A DNA stretch of 64,000 nucleotides from Malacoraja senta. Taxonomy: Eukaryota. Where the stretch lies: assembly GCA_038087875.1 (NCBI GenBank), contig JAXLNO010005073.1, positions 248,001 through 312,000 of the forward strand, given 5' to 3'. The notes under the pieces were generated by a model. That model searched no databases. It was not told where the DNA came from and saw nothing but the letters and a program-made list of their open reading frames with translations. Position 1 is the first letter of the stretch; the number at the start of each line of letters is the position of its first letter. A program made the translations under genes and the position numbers. Below, piece after piece: positions 1-12,965 of this stretch.

Positions 1-239
1 ATCCTTTTAGTTCGGAGATACAGCACAGAATCAGCACAATTCCAGTTGCACCAGAAAAAAATCATCATTAAAAACCCTGGACACTTCAAATGACAACAAT
101 TGAAAGGAAAAGTCAGCAGAATTAATCAAAGAAGCAAACACAATTCAGTAGAGAGCGATGGTGTTCTCACCGACCTCATGCCCTGGAGATGTAGATCTAC
201 ATCAGACACAAGGGGAGACTCCCTGTCTCTACACTGAGC

Positions 240-1830
240 ACTGCTCCCATCCACAGCCCAGGACCACTGCTCCCATCCACAGCCCAGGACCACTGCTCCC
301 ATCCACAGCCCAGGACCACACCTCCCATCCACAGCCCAGGACCACTGCTCCCATCCACAGCCCAGGACCACTGCTCCCATCCACAGCCCAGGACCACTGC
401 TCCCATCCACAACCCAGGACCACTGCTCCCATCCACAGCCCAGGATCACTGCTCCCATCCACAGCCCAGGACCACTGCTCCCATCCACAGCCCAGGACCA
501 CTGCTCCCATCCACAGCCCAGGACCACTGCTCCCATCCACAGCCCAGGAGCACTGCTCCCACCCACAGCCCAGGACCACTGCTCCCATCCACAGCCCAGG
601 ACCACTGCTCCCATCCACAGCCCAGGTCCACTGCTCCCATCCACAGCCCAGGACCACTGCTCCCATCCACAGCCCAGGACCACTGCTCCCATCCACAACC
701 CAGGACCACTGCTCCCATCCACAGCCCAGGATCACTGCTCCCATCCACAGCCCAGGACCACTGCTCCCATCCACAGCCCAGGACCACTGCTCCCATCCAC
801 AGCCCAGGACCACTGCTCCCATCCACAGCCCAGGAGCACTGCTCCCACCCACAGCCCAGGACCACTGCTCCCATCCACAGCCCAGGACCACTGCTCCCAT
901 CCACAGCCCAGGTCCACTGCTCCCATCCACAGCCCAGGACCACTGCTCCCATCCACAGCCCAGGACCACTGCTCCCATCCACAGCCCAGGACCACTGCTC
1001 CCATCCACAGCCCAGGACCACTGCTCCCATCCACAGCCCAGGACCACTGCTCCCATCCACAGCCCAGGACCACTGCTCCCATCCACAGCCCAGGACCACT
1101 GCTCCCATCCACAGCCCAGGACCACTGCTCCCATCCACAGCCCAGGACCACTGCTCCCATCCACAGCCCAGGACCACTGCTCTCATCCACAGCCCAGGAC
1201 CACTGCTCCCATCCACAGCCCAGGACCACTGCTCCCATCCACAGCCCAGGACCACTGCTCCCAACCACAGCCCAGGACCACTGCTCCCATCCACAGCCCA
1301 GGACCACTGCTCCCATCCACAGCCCATGACCACTGCTCCCATCCACAGCCCAGGACCACTGCTCCCATCCACAGCCCAGGACCACTGCTCCCATCCAGAG
1401 CCCAGGACCACTGCTCCCATCCACAGCCCAGGACCACTGCTCCCATCCACAGCCCAGGACCACTGCTCCCATCCACAGCCCAGGACCACTGCTCCCATCC
1501 ACAGCCCAGGACCACTGCTCCCATCCACAGCCCAGGACCACTGCTCCCATCCACAGCCTAGGACCACTGCTCCCATCCACAGCCCAGGACCACTGCTCCC
1601 ATCCACAGCCCAGGACCACTGCTCCCATCCACAGCCCAGGACCACTGCTTCCATCCACAGCCCAGGACCACTGCTCCCATCCATAGCCCAGGACCACTGC
1701 TCCCATCCACAGCCCAGGACCACTGCTCCCATCCACAGCCCAGGACCACTGCTCCTCACGACAGCCCAGGACCACTGCTCCCATCCACAGCCCATGACCA
1801 CTGCTCCCATCCACAGCCCAGGACCACTGC
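240..1830. repeat. 26-bp minisatellite (CCACAGCCCAGGACCACTGCTCCCAT)n, about 60 units
   Basis: Direct reading of the tandem unit. Confidence 0.98.
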
Positions 1831-2069
1831 ACTCAGACACTCCCACAACTCCCCCTTTTATACACAGCAGCTGACAATTTTCTAATCAGCTTCAAACAAG
1901 CTGATTACCACATTAACCCTTCGCCCACCAGTGGTCAATCAATGTTTGTTGCACACATCATGATATCCACCTGGGGCAGTAGTTGTCTGCAGGACAATAA
2001 TTGCCCTCCGACTTGTTGCTTTTTACACAAAGTGGCTGCTTGCATTTCCTTAAGTCAGAGACGACACAC

Positions 2070-2520
2070 AGAAACAGAATTAGGCCATTCGGCCCATCGA
2101 GTCTACCCCACCATTCAATCATGGCTGATCTATCTCTCCCTCCTAACCCCATTCTCCTGCCTTCTCCCCATAACCCCTGACACCCGCACTCATCAACAAT
2201 CTATCTATCTCTGCCTTAAATATATCCACTGACGTGGCCTCCACCGCCATCTGTGGCAATGAATCCCACAGATTCACCACCCTCTGGCTAAAGAATTTCC
2301 TCCTCATCTCCTTCCTAAAGGAAAGTCCTTTAAATCTGAGGCTGTGCCCTCTGGTCCTAGACTCTCCCACTAGTGGAAACATCCTCTCCACATCCACTCT
2401 ATCCGGGCCTTTCACTGTTCGGTGACGTTTCAATGCTCCCCCCCCCCCAATCTTCTAAACTCCAGCGAGTACAGGCCCAGCGCCGACAAACGCTCATCGT
2501 ACGTTCACCCACTCGTTCCT
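2070..2520 (-). mobile_element. CR1 LINE 3' fragment (paralog at about 57130-57600)
   Basis: [14 protein letters not shown]...FSQRVVNLW, typical CR1 ORF2 C-terminus. Confidence 0.85.
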
Positions 2521-2704
2521 GGGATCGTCCTTGTAAACGCTAACTCTTTTGTCTTGCTGATGTTGAGGGATGGATTGTTATCCTGACCATAGGCGCAGGA
2601 GTGGGCCATTCGGCCCTTCAGGACAGAAGGTTCTCAATGTCTTTCCCATATTCTATCTCATCGTTGCTGCTCATGTGGCTGAAATAATGCCCCATCTACA
2701 CCAG

Positions 2705-3800
2705 TCCCACCCTGACCAACATGCCCCATCTACACTAGTCCCACCCCGACCAAGATGCCACATGTACACTAGTCCCACCCCGACCAACATGCCACATGTA
2801 CACTAGTCCCACCCCGACCAACATGCCCCATCTACACTAGTCCCACCGCGACGAACATGCCCCATCTACACTAGTCCCACCCCGACCAACATGCCACATC
2901 TACACTAGTCCCAGCCCGACCAACATGCCCCATCTACACTAGTCCCACCCCGACCAACATGCCCCATCTACACTAGTCCCACCCCAACCAACATGCCCGA
3001 TCTACATTAGTCCCACCCTAGACCAACATGCCCCGTATACACAAGTCCCACCCCGACCAACATGCCCCATCTACACTAGTCCCACCCGACCAACATGCCC
3101 CATCTACACTAGTCCCACCCCGACTAACATGCCCCATCTACACTAGTCCTACCCCGACCAACATGCCCCATCTACACTAGTCCCACTCCGACCAACATGC
3201 CCCATCTACACTAGTCCCACCCCGACCAACATGCCCCGTCTACACTAGTCCCACCCCGACCAACATGCCTCATCGACACTAGTCCCACCCCGACCAACAT
3301 GCCCCATCTACACTAGTCCCACCCCGACCAATATAACCCATCTACACTAGTCCCACCCCGACCAACATGCCCCATCTACACTAGTCCCACCCCGACCAAC
3401 ATGCCCCATCTACACTAATCCCACCCCGACCAACATGCCCCATCTACACTAGTCCCACCCCGACCAACATGCCCCATCTACACTAATCCCACCCCGACCA
3501 ACATGCCCCATCTACACTAATCCCACCCCGACCAATATGCCCCATCTACACTAGTCCCACCCCGGCCAACATGCCCCATCTACACTAGTCCCACCCCGAC
3601 CAACATGCCCCATCTACACTAATCCCACCCCAACAAACATGCCCCATCTACACTAGTCCCACCCCGACCAACATGCCCCATCTACACTAGTCCCACCCCG
3701 ACCAACATGCCCCATCTACACTAGTCCCACCCCGACCAACATGCCCCATCTACACTAGACCCACCCCGACCATCATGCCCCATTCTACACTAGTCCCACT
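2705..3800. repeat. 34-bp minisatellite (CCAACATGCCCCATCTACACTAGTCCCACCCCGA)n
   Basis: About 30 units; shorter paralog at 58090-58335. Confidence 0.97.
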
Positions 3801-4021
3801 TGCCCGCGTTTGACCCATATCCCTCCAAACCTGTCCTATCCAAGTGTCTCTAAAACGTTGTGATAGTCCCAGCCTCAACTACCTCCTCCGGCAGCTCATT
3901 CCATACACCCACGACCCTCTGTGTGGAGAAGTTGCCCCTCAGATTGACATTATTAATGTGAACCATTTGTGCACAACTCTGCTGGTGTGAGTAATAAATG
4001 AAATGATAGATAGCAAAAATA

Positions 4022-4312
4022 CACAGTTGTGCAGCGGTAGAGTTGCTGCCTCACAGCGCCAGAGACCCGGGTTCCATCCTCAATACGGGTGCTGTCTGTA
4101 CGGAGTTTGCACGTTCTCCCCGTGACCTGCGTGGGTTTTCTCCGGGTGCTCCGGTTTCCTTCCGCATTCGAAAGACCTGCTGGTTTGTAGGTTAATTGGC
4201 TTCTGTAAAATTGTCCCTAATGTGTGTAGGATGGAGCTAGTATACGGGGTGATCACTGGTCGGCGATGACTTGTTGGGCCGAAGGGCGTGTTTCTGCGCA
4301 GTATCTCTAAAA
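4022..4312 (+). mobile_element. tRNA-derived HE1/V-SINE-type SINE
   Basis: tRNA-like head (gcagcggtagagttgctgcctcacagcgccagagacccgggttc) and conserved core gtttgcacgttctccccgtg. Confidence 0.85.
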
Positions 4313-4682
4313 TCTAAACAATACCCGGTGACTTGGCCTCCACCGCCCTCTGTGGCAATGAATTCCACAGATTCACCACCCTCTGGCTAAAGAAATTCCT
4401 CCTCATCTCCTTTCTAAAGGCATGAGTGGGAAAGGCAGAGAGGGTGAGGGGCCAGACGTGGGCATGTGGGACTAGCTTCGATAGGCATGGCTGTGTGTTT
4501 CTGTGCTGTGGGACTGACGGGGCTACACAGGGTAGTAGTTTGATGCTTCAGCCTGCAGCAACCCAGGAGAACTGTGTTCCAGATGTTTCATTAGTTTGTT
4601 GTTCTGCACATCGATCGGGAGACGATGAAATCTCTCGTTCACACGCAGCGGCCAGAGCAAACAGTGTACATACAGTGATGAC

Positions 4683-6290
4683 CAGCCGCTCCATTCTCTC
4701 AGCATATGACAGTCCCGTCATCCCGGGAATTAACCTTGTAAACCTACGCTGCACTCCCTCAATAGCAAGAATGTCCTTCCTCATATTAGGGGACCAAAAC
4801 TGCACACAATACTCCAGGTGTGGTCTCACTAGGGCTCTGTACAAATGCAGAAGGACCTCTTTGCTCCTATATTCGATTCTTCTTGTTATAAAGGCCAACA
4901 TGCTATTCGCTTTCTTCACTGCCTGCTGTACCTGCATGCTTACTTTCATAGCCTGATGAACAAGGACCCCCAGATCCCGTTGTACTTCCCCTTTTCCCAA
5001 CTTGACACCATTTAGATAGCAATCTCCCTTCCTGTTTTTGCTACCAAAGTGGATAACCTCACATTTATCCGCATTAAACTTCATCTGCCATGCATCTGCC
5101 CACTCCCCCAACCTGTCCAAGTCACCCTGCATTCTCATTGCATCCTCCTCACAGTTTACACTGCCACCCAGCTTTGTGTCATCTGCAAATTTGCTAATGT
5201 TACTTTGAATCTCTTCATCCAAATCATTGATGTATATTGTAAATAGCTGCGGAACCAGACCGAGCCTTGCCGTACCCCAGTAGTCACTGCCTGCCATTCT
5301 GAAAGGGACCCATTAATCCCTACTCTTTGTTTCCTGTCGGCCAATCACTTCTCTATCCATGTCAGCACTCTACCCCCAATACCATTTGCCCTAATTTTGC
5401 CCACTAATCTCCTATGTGGGACCTTATCAAATGCTTTGTGAAAGTCCAGGTACACTACATCCACTGGCTCTCCCTTGTCCATTTTCCTAGTTACATCTTA
5501 AAAAAATTCCAGAAGATTGGTCAAGCATGACTTCCCCTTCGTATATCCATGCTAACTCAGACCGATCCTGTTACTGCTATCCAAATGTGCGGCTATTTCA
5601 TCTTTTATAATTGACTCCAGCATCTTCCCCACCGCCGACGTCAGGCTAACTGGTCTATAATTCCCTGTTTTCTCTCTCGCTCCTTTCTTGATAAGTGGGA
5701 TGACAGGAACTGATCCTGAATCTATTGAACATTGGAAAATGATCACCAATGCGTCCACTATTTCTAGACCCACCTCCATGAGGACCTTGGGATGCAGACC
5801 ATCAGGCCCAGGGGATTTATCATCCTTCAGTCTCATTAGACTACCCAATACTATTTCTCGCCTAATGAACATTTCTTTCAGTTCCTCTACCCCCTTAGAT
5901 CCTCTGTCCTCCAGTATTTCTGGGAGATTGTTTGAGTCTTCCTTAGTGAAGACAGATCGGAAGTACCTATTCAACTCTTCTGCCATTTCCTTGTTGCCCA
6001 TAATAATTTCACCCACATCTGCCTTCAAGGCACCCACATTTGACTTTGCTACTCTTTTTCCCTTAACATATCTAAAGAAGCTTTTACTGTCCTTCTTTAT
6101 ATTCCTGGCCAGCTTCCCTTCGTACTTCATCTTTTCAGCCCGTATTGCCCGTTTTGTTTCCTTCTGTTGTCCTATGAAAGTTTCCCAATCCTCTGGCTTC
6201 CGGCTACTCTTTGCTGTGTTGTACATCTTTTCTTTTAGTTTTATTCTATCCCAAACTTCTCTTGTCAACCACGGATGCCTCCCACTCCCC
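4683..6290 (-). mobile_element. CR1 LINE ORF2 fragment with internal deletions
   Basis: [40 protein letters not shown]. Confidence 0.93.
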
Positions 6291-6857
6291 TTAGTTGAGA
6301 AACAAATCAGGAAGTAAAACAGCCCAGAGATCAAAATAGACGAATCATTGTGGTTGAATTGCATAAAAGCTCTTAATGCAGCCTTAACCATTGCTCTGAA
6401 TTTTGCTTCAGGTCCTGAATGTGATATCAGTTTGTATGTTGGTTGCACCAAGCTTCAGTGCGTCCCTCAGCACGTTTTCCTGCAGTCTGGAGTGGGTCAA
6501 GTGGCAACATTCCCTGATGGACCACACTTTGACATATCGTTGCTTCATCCGTCAGCACAGTAACAGTGTGTGGGAGATGGGACAATGTTCCTGTCCTTAT
6601 AATCCAGCCTTTGACCCACAGTGAGCAGCACCAGAACAGAAGTATTGCAATTGAAGTTTTATCTTTAGAAACAAGAGACACTTCCTCACTCTTACATTCA
6701 ATGCCTTAGCATTGAAGGCAAGCATACCATACGCCTTCTTCACTACCGTAACTACTTGTGCTGCCACCTTCCGTGAGCTATCAACTTGGACTCCAAATGC
6801 ACTGAAGACATGTGTCTCAAACTGGCTCAGTCTAAAATTCTATGTTATTTCCCACAG

Positions 6858-6931
6858 GGAATCCACAAAATGAGGCCCAGGTTTTTCTGCAGCAGTTTGC
6901 CAGCTGGTTTGATGTTTGGTGTCTTTGTTTT
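6858..6931 (+). pseudogene. Orphan truncated copy of the leader exon
   Basis: ttatttcccacag acceptor and MRPRFFCSSLPAGLMFGVFVF, near-identical to 16156-16220; cut by an LTR-like element at about 6932. Confidence 0.75.
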
Positions 6932-8220
6932 TATCAGAACTGAACGAGGAGGAGGACTCAAATGCAGGCTCAGACACAGGGCAGATCAGTTTCCAGAGTT
7001 TAATCGGTCCAAGTCAGTACACAGGTAAGCAAAAACGGAGACAACAGTACAATCTAGGAGCAGGCAAAAACAGTGGTTGAAGACAGGCACTGGTGGAGAT
7101 AATAAGGTCAACAGATTTGTAGAGCTGGCACGAGGTGATACAAATTAACATACACAACGAACTGGCAATGAGAACTAAAACACAAAGGGCTTAAATACAC
7201 AGCCTAAAGGCTCTGTCTCACGGTGTTGCGGTCATCGGCGGTGAAGCGCGGCTTCGCCTGTAGAGGGGACCGCACGGCAAAGGCGAGAGCGCCGAGCCTA
7301 TGCCACGGGAGCGCCGCACGGATGCTGCGCGGGGGCCGAGTGATTTAAATACGGCTGGTCCCACGAGCTTGAGGTAAGTAAAAAAAAAAGGGCGGGCCGA
7401 CTGCGATGACGTCATTTTGGATCTGCGGGGCTGTGGCGGCGGCCGTGCTGATCGCGGCGCTGTAGCGGTGGCTGTGGCGGCGGCCGTGCCGCACACGTGT
7501 CTCACTAGCGGAGGCTGTGGCGGTGGCTATGCTGATCGCGGCGCTGTAGCGGTGGCTGTGGCGGCGGCAGTGCCGCACACGTGACTCACTAGCGGCGGCT
7601 GTGGCGGCGGTTATGCTGATCGCGGCGCTGTAGCGGTGGCTGTTGCGGCGGCCGTGCCGCACACGTGTCTCACTAGCGGCGGTTGTGGCGGCGGCTGTGA
7701 TGAGCGCGCCGCTGTAGCGGTGGCTGTGGCGGCGGCCGTGCCGCACACGTGCCTCACTGGCGGAGGCTGTGGCGGTGCAAGTTCGACGCACGGCGCTCGT
7801 GCCACACTGGCGGCGGCCGTGCTGCACTCGTGCCTCACTGGCGGAGGCTGTGCGGTAGGGACATATTTTTGAACAGTGTTGGTTTTATTTTAGCACCGTG
7901 CGGTGTTGGGAACAACGCCGCACGGCCCCGGAATTGTGCGTTTGACCGAGTGCGCGGTCTATGGCAGCCCAGGAGCGGTAGATTCTTCCTGTTTCGCCGC
8001 CAATGACCGCAGACTCGTGAGACAGGCCTTTAACAGGGGATAACGAGACACAGGTGAAACACATCAGGGCGGGGCCTACAATCACACGAGGGGAAAGGAC
8101 ATGACAGGAAATGGGACCTGAAACGAGAGGAGATGTGAGACACCAAAATAAAACAAGCATGCAACCAATAATACTAACAACAATAAGAAACAGAAACTAG
8201 ATCAAACGTGAGACCTGACA
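6932..8220 (-). mobile_element. Probable solo LTR interrupted by a TIR element
   Basis: Ends TATCAG... and ...CTGACA (TGTCAG-type inverted termini); no TSD found. Confidence 0.5.
7207..8030. mobile_element. Non-autonomous TIR DNA transposon (MITE) with internal GC-rich ~60-bp tandem repeats
   Basis: TIRs AAGGCTCTGTCTCACG / CGTGAGACAGGCCTT, flanked by TA on both sides. Confidence 0.75.
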
Positions 8221-11200
8221 CAGTGAGAACTAGAATGCAACAAGAGACACAACAAGAAATAACTGAACTGAATAAATCTCATCTTTAACGTTCAAATTGT
8301 TGCTGCATTTTAAGAGTTATTCACATTTTAGGCATTAATATCCCTTTTCCACTTGCCATGCCCGTCAGCTGTGCCTGCGCAGTAATGCCTGCATATTCTG
8401 CATCACAATGGGAACCCAATGGGCGGGAATGGTGGCTCTGTCGGAGAGCCGCTAATAATGGATGCGGGAAGGGGGATGGAGTGAGTACGTGGGGGGGGGA
8501 GGAAGGGCAAGGAGCGGAGTGGGGGGGTGAGATCAGGAGCGTCACAACCAGAATACGTCAGCCACGCCTGCGTAGTTGGGGCTATGGGTGTGTGGTGGAA
8601 TATTGCGTTGGGGGACCAGGCCTCCTGTGTCTGAATGAACTTAGTCGAGTGAACATTAAACTACTTTCCCTGCAACAGCAGCCAACTAGGATGACTTTAA
8701 CCAGGGGATGTAACCTGGTCCAAAACAAAGTGCTGGAGGTACTTGGCAGATCAGGCACCATCTACCTGACCACAAAGGGAATGGACAGATGCTGTTGTTT
8801 CCTGTTGGGACCCTTTCAGACTGATGGAGTCAGGCAGAGAAAGTGGGAAAGAGGTGGGAGAAGGACACAGCCTGTTACGTGATTAGTGGATACAGGGGAG
8901 AGGGTGATGGGTTGTGACATTGGCTAGGGGTGACAAGGAGACAAAAGGTGCAAGAGATGAGAAGAGTGAAACGTAAAGATGAAGGGAGGGATACGGGTGG
9001 AAGGGGATAGAGTGAAATATGAGACTGGTTTGGGAGGTGAACATACACAGGGAAGGAGCAGAGTGACCAAGATGTTGAGGGAAGTGTTCACACCAGGGGG
9101 GGTGCAGGGAAAGAGGGGGTTCCCATTACCAGGGTGGGGGTGCAGGGAAAGAGGGGGTTCCCATCACCAGGGTGGGGATTCAGGGAAAGAGGGAGCTCTT
9201 AGCCAAGGAAAGGTGAAGGAAAATGTGAATGTGTGAGAGTTGGCAGCCCTGTATTCAGGCCCTGTATTCAGGACCTGATGCAAAATTCAGAGCAATGGTC
9301 AAGGCTGCAGGAAGAGCTGCCTTGCAATTTAACCACAATGATTCGTCTATTCTGAGCTCTGGGCTGTTTCACTTCCTGTTTTTTATCTCAACTAAATTTC
9401 ACAATGTGTAAATAAACATCAGAAGTGTGAAGGACAAAGAAAACATCCCAAAACCTGTTGAAACATGCAAATGAGAATCAGGGGTGGATTATTTGTCACT
9501 TTGAGCCTGTTCAATCATTCCAAACAATCTCATATTCCAATTCTCTCCTGATAAATTTTGATGCATTTTATGTCAAATAAATCTATCCCCTACTTAACAG
9601 GATTCAGTGACCTGCCATCTACCATTTTCTGCGGGGTGGATTTCAATGGCTCACCATATTCACAATGAAGAAATGTCTCAGCCCTAAATGTTTCACCCCT
9701 GATCTTGAGTCCAAAACCCCTTGTTCCAGATCCTACAGTCACAGGAAATATCTTCATGTATCGAGTCTGTCTAGCTCTGCTTTGAATTTTGTTTAATTTA
9801 GAGAGGTCATGTTTAAGTCTTCCAAATTCCAGTGACTACTGACTCAGTCAGCTCCTCCTCTCCTTACACATTAGACCTGCCATTCCAGGAATCAGTCTGG
9901 TCAGCCTTGGCTGCATTACATCTGTGGCTGAAAAACCCTTTCTCCGGTAAGGAGAGCACAAAGACATGTTTGGGGAGACATGGGCCAGGCACAGCCAGTT
10001 GTGATGGGGTCAGTTGGACATCTTGGTCAGCATGTGTGCGTTGGGTCGATGTGTCTATTTCCATGCTCTACAGCTCTATGACTCTCTGCTGCATCTGTGT
10101 ATATTTGGCAAGTAACTCAACTGACTGACATCACCTGGAAACCTCTTTGCATCCTCTTTGCTTCTCCTACTTACTCTCAGTTTCATGTCATCAAACTTAG
10201 AAACATTAAATTTGTTTCCTTGTCAATACCATTGATGAACATTGAAAATAATGGACTCAAGAACTGGATTGATTCTGGATCATTCATCACCAACTGCCAC
10301 CCTAACAAAGTCATCTCTCTGTTTCCTGTCTGCCAAATTATTTTTAATTCATGCCTGTTTAATATTGCCTAATCCACATATTAAAAAATTCAAAGACCTT
10401 CTGAAAATTGGACACATCCACTTGTTCTCCCTGAAACAAAAAAAAACAATCTGCTGGAGGGACTCAGTGGGTCAGGCAGCATCTGTCGAGGGAAATGTGC
10501 AGATGACCCTGTATCGTGACCCTTCTTCAGTTGCCAATGGTCATCTGTCCATTTACTTCCACAGATGATTCCTGATCCACAAATTCCCTCCAGCAGTTTG
10601 CTCTTTGCTCATGTTTCCAGAATCTGAAAACTCTTGGGTCTCCACATCTTCTCCCTTATCTATTCTACATGGTACATCACCATCATCTCCAATAGATTTG
10701 TTTGCCATGATTTCACTTACATAAATTCAAAAAGACATTGTCTTATCGCATAAATTATTTTAAAATATCCAAACACTGTTTTGGAACCTGGAAACACCAA
10801 ACTAGGTTGGAGATTGAAATATATTCATCCAACAAGTAGCAAACAGGAAATTTAATATGTAGAAAACAATAAAGAGCAGTAATTTAGTAGAGAGAAACAC
10901 CACAATAGACAATAGACAATAGGAACAATAGAAACACCACTATTTTATTTTTTAATCAGTGGGAAGTAGCAACAATAATTTTTAAAATTATGCTTTTTGG
11001 TCAAGATACCAACAATGCAATAGTTAGTTACTATCCTTATAATAAATGCATCCTCAGCACACATGCCCCATGTTCTGTTCTCATAGTAATTAAAAAAATT
11101 ACATAAATAGAATTATACGGAATTACTTTTAAATGTAAAGGGTAAATAGATAAGTTGTTTCTGAAGATAACATCAGCGTAAAAGAGGAAGGATCTGTGTT

Positions 11201-12704
11201 AGGCCCTGTTTACACTTCTGCTGTGAAACTCAGCAAGTGCCTCAACGGAGACATTTGCAGCAGTTAAGACAGGATGTGATGTTTCAAATGTGAGAGTGAC
11301 AGACAGTGTAGGTTGGAGGGGGTGATATGATGAATTACGAAGAGAAAGATTCAGGAGCTGGGGGGAAATATCAAAACAGAGGGCGAGCAGCAATAAAAAT
11401 GAATTGTATTTCTCTGCAGAATTCAAACATATTGGGGGAAATTAGTTGTTAACCCGGATTAAGGAAGGAGCCTGATTAGATTTCTTGTCACAATGAGGAC
11501 GACACTAACTCCTGAGCTGATGATGAGCTGCACTCTGTAATTCCCTCCAGAATTGTTGCTTATAAATCTATGTTTTTGGATGTGGGCCTCAGTGCTTAGG
11601 CTTCCATTTTTAACCCATGAGGATGTGACCATCCTTATTTCACCACTGAGGTGTTTAGTAAATGATGTAAATGATAGGAGTAGGCCCCACAAATAACGAA
11701 GGATCAGCAATGTATTTCCAAGTTATGATGGTGACTAACTGGGTCAATTTGTGCCACTCCACTAACTTGACCAAACAATTCTGGGTATGGATTGTGTTTG
11801 CATATTGTGGATATATTTTCTAGCACCGATGCAGTCATCAATGTAATGGGGATAGAGTTCGGGGATAGGGCCAGTGTACACCTGGAACACAATGTATATC
11901 TCGTGTCTATATCTCTAGGCTGTGAAGATCTTGGTGCAACTCTGTGAGGTTGTGCTTGGAGAACACCAAATGACATGGGGAAAAACTTGTGATTGTGAAA
12001 ATGTTTGCTGGAAGTTCTACCTTGAGTGAAATTCAGAACTGAGGAGAAAATTGCTGTCAATATTGGACTTACTTTGAAAAATTGTAGTAGCTTGATTATC
12101 ATATGCAGCTCATTGGTGACCTCCTAAGTCCAACCTCCACCATGATCTGATGCAATGAATATTGGTTTGAACTATCGGACCAACTACAGCATGAACAGGC
12201 AAGAATATTGACCGTTCCATTTATTACAAAACAACAGATTCTGTCATTTGCCATTGTCATAGACATTTCAAACATCACACAGTCATCTGCTTGAATATGT
12301 GTTACTGGAAACTATTCTAACTTCAGTTGTGAATAGCATTCATTATGCTTGTCTTTCTCCAGGCTGGTTAGCATTCTGCAAAAGCTTTTCTCTTTACCTC
12401 AGAAACGTGACACTGAACTAAACTGAATTGAACTGGAAGGGACGTGATTTATTCCCAGAGGTAGTGAAGGTCTTGGTGCAAACTGTGCGGTTTGATTTGG
12501 AGAAAACTGAAAGTTGCAGAAGAAATTGGATGATGATGAGGCCGGTGACTGGTGGGTTTACCTTATGTGAAACTCAGGAGATAATTACACTCAACATTGT
12601 AATAACTGAGTAAATACAGCAATGTTATTATTACATCTGCTCGTTTGTGTTCTCCTCAACCCAAAACTCACATAGTTTTAAACTGTCAAACCACCCAAAT
12701 CACA

Positions 12705-12965
12705 GTGGCACAGATGTTAGAGTTGCTGCCTCACAGTGCCGGAGACCAGGGTTCAATCCTGACATCGGGTGGTCTCTGGGTGGAGATAGCACGCTCCCTG
12801 TGGCCACGAATGAGTGGGGATGTAGGTTACTGGACCTCCATAAATTGCCTGTAGTGTGTAGGGAGCGGACTGGAAAGTGAGATAACAGAACGAGTGTGAA
12901 CGGGTGATCAGAGGTCGGCACGGACAGAGGGCTGAACGGCAAGTTTCCATGCTGTGTCTCAAAAC
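12705..12965 (+). mobile_element. HE1/V-SINE-type SINE, degenerate
   Basis: Similar to 4022-4312. Confidence 0.75.

Larger units (their letters stand above)
1..4682 (+). repeat. Segmental duplication, copy 1 (extends beyond window start)
   Basis: Colinear with 54851-59212, including unique sequence, both minisatellites, a CR1 piece and a SINE. Confidence 0.95.

Noticed and set aside
126-1874. Long mucin-like and W/G-rich ORFs (up to 467 aa); likewise 54976-57021
   Set aside because: Translation of a stop-free 26-bp minisatellite; open in all frames, with no signal peptide or splice support.
4022-4100. SINE heads as tRNA genes (also 12705, 28583, 32790, 58552)
   Set aside because: They continue into the V-SINE core and lack a complete cloverleaf.
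7218-7872. Ala/Arg-rich ORFs
   Set aside because: Products of the GC-rich tandem repeat inside the MITE.
11199-11710. Minus-strand ORFs with a faint C1-set look (WVKNG..NNSGGNYRV)
   Set aside because: No cysteines and no phase-compatible splice sites; resemblance is within chance.
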